Shown: positions 1-10,900 of the stretch, piece by piece
Numbering within the stretch: position 1 is the first letter of the stretch
Layout of the letters: the number at the start of each line of letters is the position of its first letter
Source of the DNA: Clostridia bacterium
GTDB lineage: Bacteria; Bacillota; Clostridia; UBA1212; DUPL01
Direction of reading: 5' to 3'
Assembly (NCBI GenBank): GCA_050951325.1
Contig: JBMNIW010000005.1
Span: 64,001-128,000 of the forward strand
DNA: 64,000 bases
Translations under genes and position numbers: made by a program
The notes under the pieces: generated by a model
What the model saw: the letters and a program-made list of their open reading frames with translations, nothing else
Told to the model about the DNA's origin: nothing
Database searches by the model: none

Positions 1-1066
1 AATCCATCCTCTTGTAAAGGCAAATTATCTGGCATCGCCACCTTTGGTTGTGGCTTATGCCCTGGCAGGGAGCATGACTGTGGATTTGTACAAAGAACCT
101 TTGGGTAGAGATAAAAATGGCCAGGATGTGTACCTTAAAGACATCTGGCCGACGAATAGGGAAATAGAGGAGATAATTCAGAAGGTAGTAGCCAGTGACT
201 TGTTTGCCAAAGAATATGAGGATGTGTATGAAGGAAACAAACGCTGGAATGAAATTGCGGATGATAGTGGGGAGTTGTATGGTTTTGATGAAGAATCCAC
301 ATATATTCAGAATCCTCCGTTTTTTGAAGGATTGAAACTGGAAGTTGAGAAAATCAAACCGTTAGAGAACTTAAGAGTTGTTGGTATGTTTGGTGATTAT
401 GTTACCACAGACCACATATCACCCGCGGGTTCAATTAGCGAAGACAGTCCAGCCGGAAAGTATTTGTTGGAAAAAGGGGTAAAAAAGGAATCCTTCAACT
501 CATATGGCTCCAGGAGAGGAAACCATGAAGTTATGATGCGGGGAACCCTTGCAAACATACGTTTAAACAACAAGCTGGCTGGAGGAAAGGAAGGAGGATT
601 CACAAGGTATTTTCCAACAGGAGAAGTGACGAGCATCTATAATGCATGCATGAGATACAAACAGGAGGGTGTGGGTCTGGTTGTAATTGCTGGAGAGGGA
701 TATGGCATGGGTTCGTCAAGAGACTGGGCTGCCAAAGGTGTAGCTTTGCTTGGGGTAAAGGCGGTAATAGCAAAGAGTTATGAAAGAATACACCGTTCTA
801 ATCTTGCTTTGATGGGAGTTCTGCCTCTTCAGTTCAGGGAGGGCGAAAGTGCAGAAAGTCTTGAACTTACCGGAGAAGAGGTATTTACAATCCATGTTGA
901 TGATCACATAAAACCAAGAAGTTTAGTAAAAGTTACAGCCTGTGACAAGGATGGTAATGAAAAGGAGTTTGAGGTTTTAGTTAGATTCGATTCGGAAGTG
1001 GAGATTGATTACTATCGCCATGGAGGCATACTTTCAATGGTGCTGAGGGAAAAGTTAAACGGATAA
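1..1066 (+). CDS. acnA: Aconitate hydratase A, C-terminal part (5' truncated by window edge)
   Basis: Motifs [46 protein letters not shown]; the frame is open back to the window start. Confidence 0.97.
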   Translation, partial: IHPLVKANYLASPPLVVAYALAGSMTVDLYKEPLGRDKNGQDVYLKDIWPTNREIEEIIQKVVASDLFAKEYEDVYEGNKRWNEIADDSGELYGFDEESTYIQNPPFFEGLKLEVEKIKPLENLRVVGMFGDYVTTDHISPAGSISEDSPAGKYLLEKGVKKESFNSYGSRRGNHEVMMRGTLANIRLNNKLAGGKEGGFTRYFPTGEVTSIYNACMRYKQEGVGLVVIAGEGYGMGSSRDWAAKGVALLGVKAVIAKSYERIHRSNLALMGVLPLQFREGESAESLELTGEEVFTIHVDDHIKPRSLVKVTACDKDGNEKEFEVLVRFDSEVEIDYYRHGGILSMVLREKLNG

Positions 1067-1093
1067 AAGAGGGGGCTTGAAAACTCCTCTTTT
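1065..1093 (+). terminator. Rho-independent terminator after acnA
   Basis: AAAAGAGGGG-loop-CTCCTCTTTT hairpin directly after the stop codon. Confidence 0.8.
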
Positions 1094-1205
1094 ATATGGT
1101 AAATTTTTTAAAAGCTAATATTCATAGATTATTAATATTTATTTTATATAATTCCCTTTATCCTGAATAAACAGGGAGTCAAACTAGAAACAAGGTGATG
1201 TATAA

Positions 1206-1820
1206 ATGGATTTAGCGTTTAAAGACAGATTTGCTGATACGGCGTTAAGTTTGAAAAAATCTGAAAATTACTGCATTTACATAGTATTAAGCCATTCGAG
1301 TTCCGTAATCAGCAAAGCGATTTACCTCTATACAAGAGATGAGTATACGCATGCATCCATATCAATAGATAGAAATTTGGAAGCCCTATATGGCTTTGGC
1401 AGGAAGTGGCCCCGTTTTCCTTTTATAGGCTGTCTGAGAAGAGAGCTCATGGATCAAGGGTTTTATTCGTTATGTAAAACTGTTCCAGGCCTGATACTTA
1501 AATTTGATGTAACGGAAGAACAGTACAGACGCATAAAAAGGCTGTTGAGCTTTTATGTAAAGAATAAAGATTTATTTAAATACAATTTCCTTGGCTTCAT
1601 TGGGTACATGTTTAAAACAGAGATTAGAAGCAAAAGAAGATTTACATGCTCCGAGTTTGTAGCACATCTTTTGCAGAGTGCCCAGGTTGTAAAGTTTGAC
1701 AAACCTTTAAACCTCATTAGACCTCAAACATTTACCGAACTAGGTGGACAGATTGTATATAAAGGGGATCTGAAAAGTTTTTTCAAAAATCTTGAAAAGA
1801 ACAACAGTCTGATTGTTTGA
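1206..1820 (+). CDS. Permuted papain-like (YiiX/YebB, NlpC/P60-related) protein
   Basis: His motif YTHASIS precedes Cys motif FTCSEFVA, with YNFLG between them. Confidence 0.65.
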   Translation: MDLAFKDRFADTALSLKKSENYCIYIVLSHSSSVISKAIYLYTRDEYTHASISIDRNLEALYGFGRKWPRFPFIGCLRRELMDQGFYSLCKTVPGLILKFDVTEEQYRRIKRLLSFYVKNKDLFKYNFLGFIGYMFKTEIRSKRRFTCSEFVAHLLQSAQVVKFDKPLNLIRPQTFTELGGQIVYKGDLKSFFKNLEKNNSLIV

Positions 1821-2528
1821 TTAACTCTTTTTGCAAAGCAAAAAGTTGTCATCAATAACTTTTTTTCTTTGTTTCCAATCGGGCATGTATTTTACAAGCA
1901 GGGAGTAAAATTCCTGCTTGTGGTTTTGATGAACCAGATGTGCAAGTTCGTGCATAATTACATATTCGATACATTCATATGGAAGGCTTAGGAGGTATGA
2001 GTTAAGGTTTACCTTGTTAAGCCTTTTATTGCAGCTTCCCCATCTGGTGTACATTTTTTTGACACTGATGGAAGGTGTGTCTAAACACATATCGTTGAAG
2101 AATCTGCTTTGCTTGTTTATAATATCCGAAAAGGTTTTTTCGGCAAGGTTTTTCCACCATTTATCAAAAGTATTTTTCACTTTGCTTTCGTCTTCCACAT
2201 AGACAATCATAGAATCATCTTCCAGCAATACTTTGGGTTTTCCTTGTCTTGTATCTATAGTTTTTCTATCTCCAAAGAGATATATGTAACTGCCGGAGGA
2301 CAGGGACTCGTTTCCGAGGATAATGGATTTTTCAAGTTTTTTAATTCTTTGTGCAATCCAGGGTTTTGCATTGTCAAGAACTCTGTTTATTTCAAAAGTT
2401 TTTGCACCAAGAGGACATGTTATCCTAACATTCATGTCAGGAGTAACCCTCACAAGGTACCTGCTTGTCCTTTTGTACTCAATGTCAATATCTACGTCCC
2501 TGCCTATACTGTCTATATACAATCTCAC
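1821..2528 (-). CDS. YgjP/DUF45 (M48/SprT-like) zinc metallohydrolase
   Basis: TRWGSC, YVIMHELAHL (HExxH), NH..FY..V...MPDW. Confidence 0.9.
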   Translation of the reverse strand: MRLYIDSIGRDVDIDIEYKRTSRYLVRVTPDMNVRITCPLGAKTFEINRVLDNAKPWIAQRIKKLEKSIILGNESLSSGSYIYLFGDRKTIDTRQGKPKVLLEDDSMIVYVEDESKVKNTFDKWWKNLAEKTFSDIINKQSRFFNDMCLDTPSISVKKMYTRWGSCNKRLNKVNLNSYLLSLPYECIEYVIMHELAHLVHQNHKQEFYSLLVKYMPDWKQRKKVIDDNFLLCKKS

Positions 2529-2591
2529 TTAACAAACACCCTCACAAATTGTTCTACAAGAATATATCATACATATGAAGAAACAACAACC

Positions 2592-3143
2592 TTAAAACTG
2601 AGACAGAATACCTTGAGTCATGTAATCGGCCATGGAAAGAGCCTGCTTTTCCATTTCATCAAGAAAGAAAACCTTTTCCTTTTGGTTTTCTGAAAGGGTT
2701 AGTTCAACCATTCTTTCCACCATTTTCAAATGCTCAAACAGCATGTTCTTCCATTCGTCCCGCCTCCAGTACTGGTTTATCTCAGACAAGAATCTGGCAA
2801 TGTCTTCTGCATTCTGGTACCATTGTCTTTTCAGTCTGTCCGCCTCCCTTGGATTGCCTGACAGAATAGCACTCAACATGTCTGCAGCCAGAACCAGGTG
2901 TTCTCTCAAAAGAGTTGCAAACAGATTCGAGACGTATCTTGAATAATACGGTACTAGTTCTCTTTCAAAGTCTTCCGGGTTTTGCAGAAGCCTTTGTCTT
3001 GCATATTTTGCATCAGGAAGATTCTGGACCATGCTGTTTATGAAATTGTATGTCCAGAATATGTGGTGTTCCCATAGGTTTCTCATTGCATTGTGTACTT
3101 TTATCCTTCGCTGGCATTTTCTACACATTGTTTGACCGTTCAT
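2592..3143 (-). CDS. Helical-bundle hypothetical protein (LWEHHxxWT family)
   Basis: ATG at 3143 with AGGAGA RBS; MRNLWEHHIFWT, LLREHL, WYQNAEDIARFL, MLFEHL; His/Glu-rich helices. Confidence 0.7.
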   Translation of the reverse strand: MNGQTMCRKCQRRIKVHNAMRNLWEHHIFWTYNFINSMVQNLPDAKYARQRLLQNPEDFERELVPYYSRYVSNLFATLLREHLVLAADMLSAILSGNPREADRLKRQWYQNAEDIARFLSEINQYWRRDEWKNMLFEHLKMVERMVELTLSENQKEKVFFLDEMEKQALSMADYMTQGILSQF

Positions 3144-3264
3144 ACAAATCTCTCCTAAAACTAATATCAATACAGAATATGTTTTTGACATGTTTGAAGT
3201 GAAAAACATATGGACAACTTGGAAGCCGTGAAGTAGAATATAGGAAAAATGAAAGGAGCAAGAC

Positions 3265-3639
3265 ATGAGGTTTCATCATATCGGTATAACTACAAGGGAT
3301 ATTGAAAAATCAATAGAATTTTATAAAGTGTTGGGATTCAAAGAGTCAAAGACGTGGGGAGAGGGCAAGAAGCGAGTTGTGATGCTGGAAAGCGACGAAG
3401 GCGCTATTGTTGAACTTTTCGCAGATGGAGAGGATTTGCTCCCTGAAGGTGCTTTCAGGCATCTGGCACTTAAAGTGGACAATACAAGGGAGTTGTTTGA
3501 AAAGATAAAAGTTCATGGTGCTGAGATTGTTTCAGAACCAAGGGATATGGATCTTCCTTCAAATCCTCCTGTTCCTGTTACTCTTGCGTTTTTTAAAGGT
3601 CCGGACGGAGAGATAATTGAACTGTTTCAAGAAAGATAA
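3265..3639 (+). CDS. VOC/glyoxalase family protein
   Basis: FHHIGI, VELF, FRHLAL, FFKGPDGEIIELF; AAGGAG RBS. Confidence 0.92.
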   Translation: MRFHHIGITTRDIEKSIEFYKVLGFKESKTWGEGKKRVVMLESDEGAIVELFADGEDLLPEGAFRHLALKVDNTRELFEKIKVHGAEIVSEPRDMDLPSNPPVPVTLAFFKGPDGEIIELFQER

Positions 3640-3661
3640 AAAGAGGCTCGAATGCCTCTTT
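3640..3661. terminator. Bidirectional terminator
   Basis: AAAGAGGC-TCGAAT-GCCTCTTT. Confidence 0.75.
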
Positions 3662-3663
3662 AT

Positions 3664-3941
3664 TTATCTATTCACATAAACGGTTATGTCTTCGGTAACT
3701 GCATCCTCATAATTGATCGTAAAATATATTTACAAGAGTCACGCTCAATTTTTCATCAGAATCTAAAAACTTATATATGTATTTGGGGAACTCTTCTTTT
3801 TTGCTATATGTATATATCTTCCGGGTTTGTCAAATCAAATCCATATGGGTCGTGCTTTGACAAGAATCTGTAGTATGCGGTGTTGTCTTTTAAAAAAACG
3901 ACTCGCCTGAATAATGTTCTTTTCTTTGAATTATCCACCAT
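3664..3941 (-). pseudogene. Probable frameshifted small gene (about 91 aa if two 1-nt insertions are removed)
   Basis: GGAGGAG RBS and ATG at 3941; 45 codons to TAG; two shifted frames continue to a TAA at 3664 next to the terminator. Confidence 0.4.
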
Positions 3942-4038
3942 AACTCCTCCATTAAAAAGATATAGGCTAAGTATATCTGTGATTGTGTCCTCAAGCAGGG
4001 ATGGTAAAAAAGCACGTTTTGAAACGGAAGGTGAAATA

Positions 4039-4206
4039 ATGATTTATAACGGCAAGGAGGTCGTTGATTATTAGTACAAGGATACATCTTCAAAAGGCTG
4101 CAAAAAGGTAGTATACAATAAGGATAACCAAATTTACTACATAAACAATTACGGAACCTATGCTATTACGACAATTCTGGAATGGTATGAAATCAACAAG
4201 GGTTGA
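4039..4206 (+). pseudogene. Possible gene remnant with an internal amber stop
   Basis: MIYNGKEVVDY*YKDTSSKGCKKVVYNKDNQIYYINNYG...; TAG at 4072-4074, then 43 more sense codons. Confidence 0.3.
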
Positions 4207-4281
4207 CAGTCATGTGGTGTAATATGAATATTTGAATAAAAAGACCTTCGCATATAGTGATACAATAGAAAAGAAATATGT

Positions 4282-4310
4282 TTGACAAAAACAGCCACTT
4301 TTTGTATAAT
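4282..4310 (+). promoter_or_regulatory. SigA promoter of the ileS T-box leader
   Basis: TTGACA-17 nt-TATAAT. Confidence 0.88.
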
Positions 4311-4324
4311 TAATCGAAACAAAA

Positions 4325-4561
4325 AAAGGCGATGAAGGAGCCTGGCGTCGGTGATGACCCAATAGAGAGCTGATGGTTGGTGGAAATCAGCGGAAATCTC
4401 ACTGAATGCACATCCCTCCCGAGCTGATACGCTGAACGATGTCTGTCTATTAGGCGTTTTCCGGATGGCACCGTTACATGCCAGGATTTGATTGAATCTG
4501 CATTTTGAGTGGTTGCGGTAGGTAAACACAATCTCCGTCTCAAATGAGACGGGGTTTTTTT
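4325..4561 (+). ncRNA. T-box leader (Ile) upstream of ileS
   Basis: GA motif, AGAGAGCTGATGGTTGGTGGAAATCAGC stem-I apex, candidate specifier ATC at 4412-4414, GAGTGGT T-box start, terminator CTCCGTCTCA-AA-TGAGACGGGG-T7. Confidence 0.85.
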
Positions 4562-4599
4562 GCATAATGGAGGATGTGTTTTGAAGGGAATTAAAAGAA

Positions 4600-4628
4600 T
4601 TGACATTGCAAAAAGCATGAAATATAAT
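4600..4628 (+). promoter_or_regulatory. Second SigA promoter, downstream of the T-box terminator
   Basis: TTGACA-17 nt-TATAAT, exact consensus. Confidence 0.8.
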
Positions 4629-4726
4629 TGAAAGAACATGCAAGTGTGGCATGTGTTTTTGTGTTTTAATCATATGTATGGCAATTACAGGCAATAATTT
4701 ATATAAACATTAATGGAGGGAAGAAA

Positions 4727-7516
4727 ATGGATTACAGCAAAATGCTAAATTTGCCCAAGACTGATTTTCCAATGAGAGCAAATTTGCCTCAAAGGGAACC
4801 GGAATATTTGAAGAAATGGGAAGAGGACAAGATATATGAAAAATTAATAGAAAGAGACAGGAACAACAAGAAGTTTGTTCTTCATGACGGCCCTCCTTAT
4901 GCAAATGGAGATATTCACCTGGGTACGGCACTAAATAAAATATTGAAGGACATTGTTGTCAAATACTACAGCATGAAGGGATACTACTCACCATACATGC
5001 CGGGATGGGACACTCATGGACTTCCTACAGAGCAGAGAGCAATCAAGGAACTTAATCTGAGAAGGGAAGAAGTGGGACCTGTAGTGTTTAGAAACGCATG
5101 CAGGGATTTTGCCTTGAAATATCTGGAAAGACAGAGGGAATCTTTCAAACGCCTAGGTGTAAGAGGAGACTGGGACAATCCATACATTACTCTTACCAAT
5201 GATTTTGAAGCTCGCCAGATAAAGGTATTTGGCACAATGGCGACAAAAGGATATATTTACAAGGGGCTTAGACCGGTTTACTGGTGCCCTGATTGTGAGA
5301 CTGCTCTTGCGGAAGCAGAGATTGAGTATCAGGAAGACTCGACAAGCTCAATCTTTGTAAAATTCAAGGTATCTGATGACAAGGGAAAGCTTGTTCCGTT
5401 TACCGGAAATCTTGACAAGACATATATTGTAATTTGGACGACCACTGCATGGACCCTGCCTGGAAATCTGGCAATTTCTCTGAATCCTGATTATGTATAT
5501 GCAGTAGTTAATGCAAATGGAGAATACTACCTGCTTGCCAAGGAACTGGTAGAAGACGTGATGGAGAACTGTGAGATAGAAGAGTATGAAATCGTAGGAG
5601 AGGTAAAGGGAGAGGAACTAGATCTTGTTGAATGCGAGCATCCTTTCCTTGACAGAAAATCCATAGTTGTGCTCGGCGATCATGTTACTCTTGAAGCAGG
5701 TACTGGTTGCGTTCATACAGCTCCTGGTTTTGGACACGAAGACTTTGAGGTATGCAAAAAGTATAATATAGAGACAATAGTTCCTGTGAATGAAAAGGGA
5801 ATGCAGACTGAAGATGCAGGACCTTTTGCAGGCATGTTCTATGAAAAATCCAACAAATATATTATAGAGCACTTGAGAGAGAGTGGACATCTACTCAAGG
5901 ATACAAAGATTATGCACCAATATCCACACTGTTGGAGATGCAAGGATCCCATTATCTTTAGAGCAACCGAGCAGTGGTTTGTTTCAATTGACGCATTCAG
6001 AGACGATGCTCTTGAGGCAATCAAGGGAGTAAGATGGATTCCTGGATGGGGAGAAGAAAGAATCAGCAAGATGGTGCAGGACAGAAGTGACTGGTGCATA
6101 TCACGTCAGCGTATTTGGGGCGTGCCAATTCCCATATTCTACTGCAAAAAGTGCGGAAAAGAGCTCATCAACGAGGATACTATTGAGAATATAAGCAAAG
6201 TATTTAATGAACGAGGTTCAAACAGCTGGTTTGAGCTTTCTGAAAAAGAGCTTATGGGCAAGGAATATGTCTGCGAGTGCGGCAGTACTGAATGGGAAAA
6301 GGAAACAGACATCATGGACGTCTGGTTTGATTCAGGCTCGACCCATTATGCCGTTGTAGACAACAGACCTGAACTTGGTGGAACTCCTGTAGAGATGTAT
6401 CTGGAAGGTTCCGATCAGCACAGAGGATGGTTCCAGTCTTCATTGCTAACAAGTGTTGCAATGGGCAAAGGCGCTCCATACAAGGAGGTTCTTACTCACG
6501 GTTATGTTGTTGACGGACATGGAAAGAAGATGTCAAAGTCTCTTGGCAATGTAATTGAGCCTCATACGGTAATCAAGAAATATGGTGCCGATATTTTGAG
6601 ATTGTGGGTTGCATCTTCGGATTACAAGGTTGACATTAGGGTGTCCGAAGACATCTTCAAACAGCTTTCCGAAGTGTACAGAAAGATTAGAAATACAGCA
6701 AGATTCATTCTTGGTAATATTAACGACTTTGATCCGAACAAGGATATGGTTGCGTATGAAGACATGATTGAGATTGACAGATGGGCGCTTTTGAAGCTTT
6801 ACAATCTCCTTCACAAGGTTAACGAGTCTTTTGACGAGTACGAGTTCCATGCGCTGTTTCATCAGATTCACAACTTCTGCGTGGTTGACATGAGTAACTT
6901 CTACCTTGACATCATCAAGGATAGATTGTATACATCAAGACCAGAAAGCAGCCTGAGAAGAAGTGCACAAAGTGCGATGTTCATCATACTCGACACTCTT
7001 GTACGCATACTGACTCCGGTACTTGCCTTTACAAGTGAAGAGATTTGGCAGCACATGCCACATAAGGAAGGCGACGAAACCTTGAGCATACAATTAAACT
7101 ACTGGCCTGAACTTACTGAAAGATACAAGGATAATACTTTGGAAGAGAAATGGGATAAACTTATTGATATTAAGTACGATGTGGCAAAGGTGTTGGAACT
7201 TGCACGTAATGAAAAGAAAATAGGTCACTCATTGGATGCAAGGGTTGTGGTTTATGCCGATGGTGAGGAGTTTTCATTTATAAAAGAGAACGAGGACCTT
7301 CTAAACACTGTATGCATAACCAGTGCATTTGAGGTTCGTAAATTGGGAGAAGCGCCGGAAAACGCAGCTGATTCAGAGTATTTTGAGAACATAAAACTCA
7401 TCGTCGAGGATGCTCCCGGTCATAAATGCGAAAGATGCTGGATGTATTCAGAAACTGTTGGTTCTGTGGAAGAACATCCGAGCATTTGCTCAAGATGCTA
7501 CAGCAACATTAAATAG
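4727..7516 (+). CDS. ileS: Isoleucine--tRNA ligase (type 1)
   Basis: [29 protein letters not shown]-terminal KCERCW...CSRC zinc finger. Confidence 0.99.
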   Translation: MDYSKMLNLPKTDFPMRANLPQREPEYLKKWEEDKIYEKLIERDRNNKKFVLHDGPPYANGDIHLGTALNKILKDIVVKYYSMKGYYSPYMPGWDTHGLPTEQRAIKELNLRREEVGPVVFRNACRDFALKYLERQRESFKRLGVRGDWDNPYITLTNDFEARQIKVFGTMATKGYIYKGLRPVYWCPDCETALAEAEIEYQEDSTSSIFVKFKVSDDKGKLVPFTGNLDKTYIVIWTTTAWTLPGNLAISLNPDYVYAVVNANGEYYLLAKELVEDVMENCEIEEYEIVGEVKGEELDLVECEHPFLDRKSIVVLGDHVTLEAGTGCVHTAPGFGHEDFEVCKKYNIETIVPVNEKGMQTEDAGPFAGMFYEKSNKYIIEHLRESGHLLKDTKIMHQYPHCWRCKDPIIFRATEQWFVSIDAFRDDALEAIKGVRWIPGWGEERISKMVQDRSDWCISRQRIWGVPIPIFYCKKCGKELINEDTIENISKVFNERGSNSWFELSEKELMGKEYVCECGSTEWEKETDIMDVWFDSGSTHYAVVDNRPELGGTPVEMYLEGSDQHRGWFQSSLLTSVAMGKGAPYKEVLTHGYVVDGHGKKMSKSLGNVIEPHTVIKKYGADILRLWVASSDYKVDIRVSEDIFKQLSEVYRKIRNTARFILGNINDFDPNKDMVAYEDMIEIDRWALLKLYNLLHKVNESFDEYEFHALFHQIHNFCVVDMSNFYLDIIKDRLYTSRPESSLRRSAQSAMFIILDTLVRILTPVLAFTSEEIWQHMPHKEGDETLSIQLNYWPELTERYKDNTLEEKWDKLIDIKYDVAKVLELARNEKKIGHSLDARVVVYADGEEFSFIKENEDLLNTVCITSAFEVRKLGEAPENAADSEYFENIKLIVEDAPGHKCERCWMYSETVGSVEEHPSICSRCYSNIK

Positions 7517-7520
7517 CTAT

Positions 7521-7552
7521 AAAAGAGATCGAAAGAAATTTCGGTCTCTTTT
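7521..7552. terminator. Bidirectional terminator
   Basis: AAAAGAGATCGAAA-GAAA-TTTCGGTCTCTTTT. Confidence 0.85.
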
Positions 7553-7556
7553 GGTT

Positions 7557-7850
7557 TCATTTGCATTTTGAGTTTACTGCATTCAATATGTCTGCAATGA
7601 AGTCGGAGATATAGGGGAGGTTTTGTCTAACCACCCACTGAAGTATGAGTATGATAATTGCGGAAATGATGGAGAATCCTATGGCTCCTCCAAGGCCTCT
7701 GGCAAGACCGCTCAGAAAGTTTGACCACAGGAGCTTGTATGGATTTTCCTTGTAATAGATGTAGTCAAGAAATTTGATGCGCTCCATTCTAAGGTTTAGC
7801 ATGCGCAGTTGTTTTTGTATTTTATTGAATCTTTTTCTATTACCGAACAT
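7557..7850 (-). CDS. DUF5665-like small membrane protein
   Basis: NFLSGLARGLGGAIGFSII motif; GGAGG RBS. Confidence 0.8.
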   Translation of the reverse strand: MFGNRKRFNKIQKQLRMLNLRMERIKFLDYIYYKENPYKLLWSNFLSGLARGLGGAIGFSIISAIIILILQWVVRQNLPYISDFIADILNAVNSKCK

Positions 7851-7973
7851 GTTACCTCCGCAGCATGAATATATTCTATTTTAACCTTGAAAAGTTTAAA
7901 TATTCAAAAGGATGTATAGTTCTCATTATTTATGATATAATTGAGCGGATAAAATTAGGTTTGGGGGATAAAC

Positions 7974-10900
7974 TTGTATCTAAAAAGACTTGAAATCCAA
8001 GGATTCAAATCATTCGTAGACAAGACTGTTCTGGAATTTGACAAGGGCATAACCGCCATAGTTGGACCAAACGGCAGTGGAAAGAGCAATATTTCCGACG
8101 CTGTCAAATGGGTTCTTGGTGAGCAGAGCCCAAAAACACTTAGGGGCGGCAAGATGGAGGACGTCATATTTGCAGGTACTGAAAATCGGCGTCCCGTTGG
8201 TATGGCCGAAGTGTCTTTAATAATGGATAACAGTGACAGAACTTTGAATATAGATTATTCGGAAGTTAAAATAACGAGAAGGTTGTACCGCTCTGGTGAG
8301 AGTGAGTATCTTATCAATGGCTCATTGTGCCGTTTGAAGGATATTCAGCTTTTGTTTGCCGATACGGGTATTGGCAAGGATGGCTTTTCCATTATTGGAC
8401 AAGGCAAGGTGGATGAGATTCTAAACAGCAAGTCCAATGATAGAAGAGGCATTTTTGAAGACGCTTCAGGCATCATGAAGTACAGGATGCGAAAGGAAGA
8501 AAGCGAAAGAAAACTTAATAACACCGAGCAGAATCTTGTCAGAATAAATGATATTCTTGGTGAGTTGGAACGGCAGATTGGCCCTCTTGAAAAGCAGGCA
8601 GAGAAGGCCAGGAAATATCTGACCCTTAAATATGAATTAAGGGATATTGAAGTTGGCGACCTTGTGGACACAATCAAGGATTCCAGTGTGAAAATGGAAG
8701 AAACGGATAAGAACATATTTATCGTTGAGGACCAGATAAAGCAGACGGAAGAAAAACTGGAGAATGTAAAAAGAGAAAACCAGGAGAAAACAGAAAAGAG
8801 CAAAGCCCTTGAAGAGCAGATTTATAGGGAGAGGGAAAAAGGTCATGAGATTGGCAACCTCATTGAAAGAATAAATTCATCAATAAAGATAAATGAAAAC
8901 AATATAAATACTCTGAAGCAAGCTGTTGAGAAAAATGACATGGAACTTTCCGACCTTTCCAACAGGAACATCAAGCTTCAGAATGATGTTGCAAATGTAG
9001 ATGAAAGAATTCTCGTTACTGAAGAACAGATAGAAGAAGCAAGGCAGAAAATTAGTGACATGCAGGAGAGATACAATGCGGTAATGTCACTTCTTAGTGA
9101 TGACAGCAGGGAGGCGGAAAAACTCAAGGATTGGCTTTATGAGTTAAGACTCAGGCTGTCCCAGAAAGATTCTGAAAAGGAATCCTGCAGAAGCAACATT
9201 GAAAGGCTTGACAAGCGTAATATAGAAATAAGGGATGAAATTGAGAATGCAAACAAGGAGCATTTGGAAATTGACGACCTTATTAAAAAAGCTGAAGAGG
9301 AATACATACAAAGTGCGTCTTTGGCCGAGAGCTTTAAAAAGGAATGGAATGAAAATGCTGACAAGCTCAATGGTATGAAGGTACTTTATGAAAATAAAAC
9401 AAACAGTCTGTCCGATACTGCTGCGGAGATGAAATCACAGCAGGCAAGACTCAGACTGATGAGTGAAATGCAGGAAAAATACGAGGGCTATGCAAGAAGC
9501 GTAAAGGAAATCCTCACTTTCTGCAGGCAGAACGCCTCCTTTGGAAGAGGTATTCATGGTTCTGTTGCGGAAATTATCAATGTGCCGGCAGAGTATGAAC
9601 TGGCGGTGGAAAGTGCTATTGGCGCAGCATATCAGAATATAGTGACCGATACGGAAGACGAGGCGAAGAAGGCCATAGATTATCTGAAACAGAAAAACTA
9701 TGGACGAGCAACTTTTCTTCCCATATCAGCTGTTCAGGGAAGAACCATAGATTCCAATACGGAAAGACAGCTTAAAACCATGCCAGGATTTGTTGGTATT
9801 GCAGCAAATCTGGTAAGGTACGATGGGAAGTTTGGGAACATCGTTAACAATCTTCTTGGCAGGGTTGTAATTTTCACAGACCTTGACAGCTGTATTAACG
9901 CTGCCAGGAGGTTTAAATATTCTTTTGTTTGTGTAACTCTTGGTGGAGATATATTAAGAACCTCCGGTGCGATGACAGGAGGAAGCACAAATAACAATAA
10001 CAAGACAAATGTTTTTGCCAGAACAAGGGAAATACCTGCTCTGGAAAGGTCTGTCAAACAACTTTCAAGCTCTTTGGATTCCCTAAAACATGAAATAGTT
10101 GGTTTGAGGGAGAATATAAACAGGTTGGAAAAAGAACAAAACAGCATTCTTGACAAGATAAGAAAACAGGAAATTCAAACAGAGAGGGCTAAGAACGTCT
10201 ACAACGCTTTTGTGGAGAAGAAAGGAAACCTTGACAAGAAGGTTGAGGACTTGATGCGGGATGCGGACAGGAATGTAAATGAAATCTCCGTCCTTAAGGA
10301 AAGAACTAATGCTATTGATGTGGAGATTGTTGATATAAACAATCAGATTATGGAAAAAAGCAAGGAGCTTGCCCAGTACGAAGAGAAGTCAAAACAAGGT
10401 GCTGAAGTTAGAAATGTTCTTACCAACGAGCTTACAAAAGCACAGGTTGAAGAAAATGAAATAAAGAACAGACTGAATAATCTGTTTGACGAAAAGAAAA
10501 GACTATTAAATGAGATTGCTTCAAATGAGGATAAGAAAAACTATTTGAAGCTGCAGATTGATGAAGACAGCAGCAGAATCAAGGAGCTTGTAATAGAGAA
10601 CGAAGAGTATGCCTCAAGGATCAAGAAGCAGGTACATGACAAGGATGACAATTCTGCACTTTTGGCAAGGCTTACTGTCGAAAAGAGCGAGATTGATGCA
10701 AATCTTTCCGGCATGATTGAGAAGATTAGTGAGATAACAGGAGAAATCTCAAATCTTAGAGAAGAGCTTTCCCGCCTCGCATTTAGAAAGACAAAACTTG
10801 AGGAGACCAAGGAGAGTTGTTTGAACAGGTTGTGGGACGAGTATGAGCTTACATACACAAAAGCATGTGAGATAAGCAGTTTTTCTGGCAAGGTCAACAA

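Noticed and set aside
4072-4074. Amber recoding (pyrrolysine), suggested by an in-frame TAG plus the methyltransferase genes
   Set aside because: TAG terminates core genes here (ileS, thiI), MtaB does not use pyrrolysine, and no pyl genes are in the window
4158-4694. Minus-strand ORFs of 178 and 109 aa upstream of ileS
   Set aside because: They overlap the T-box and two promoters and show no protein-like features
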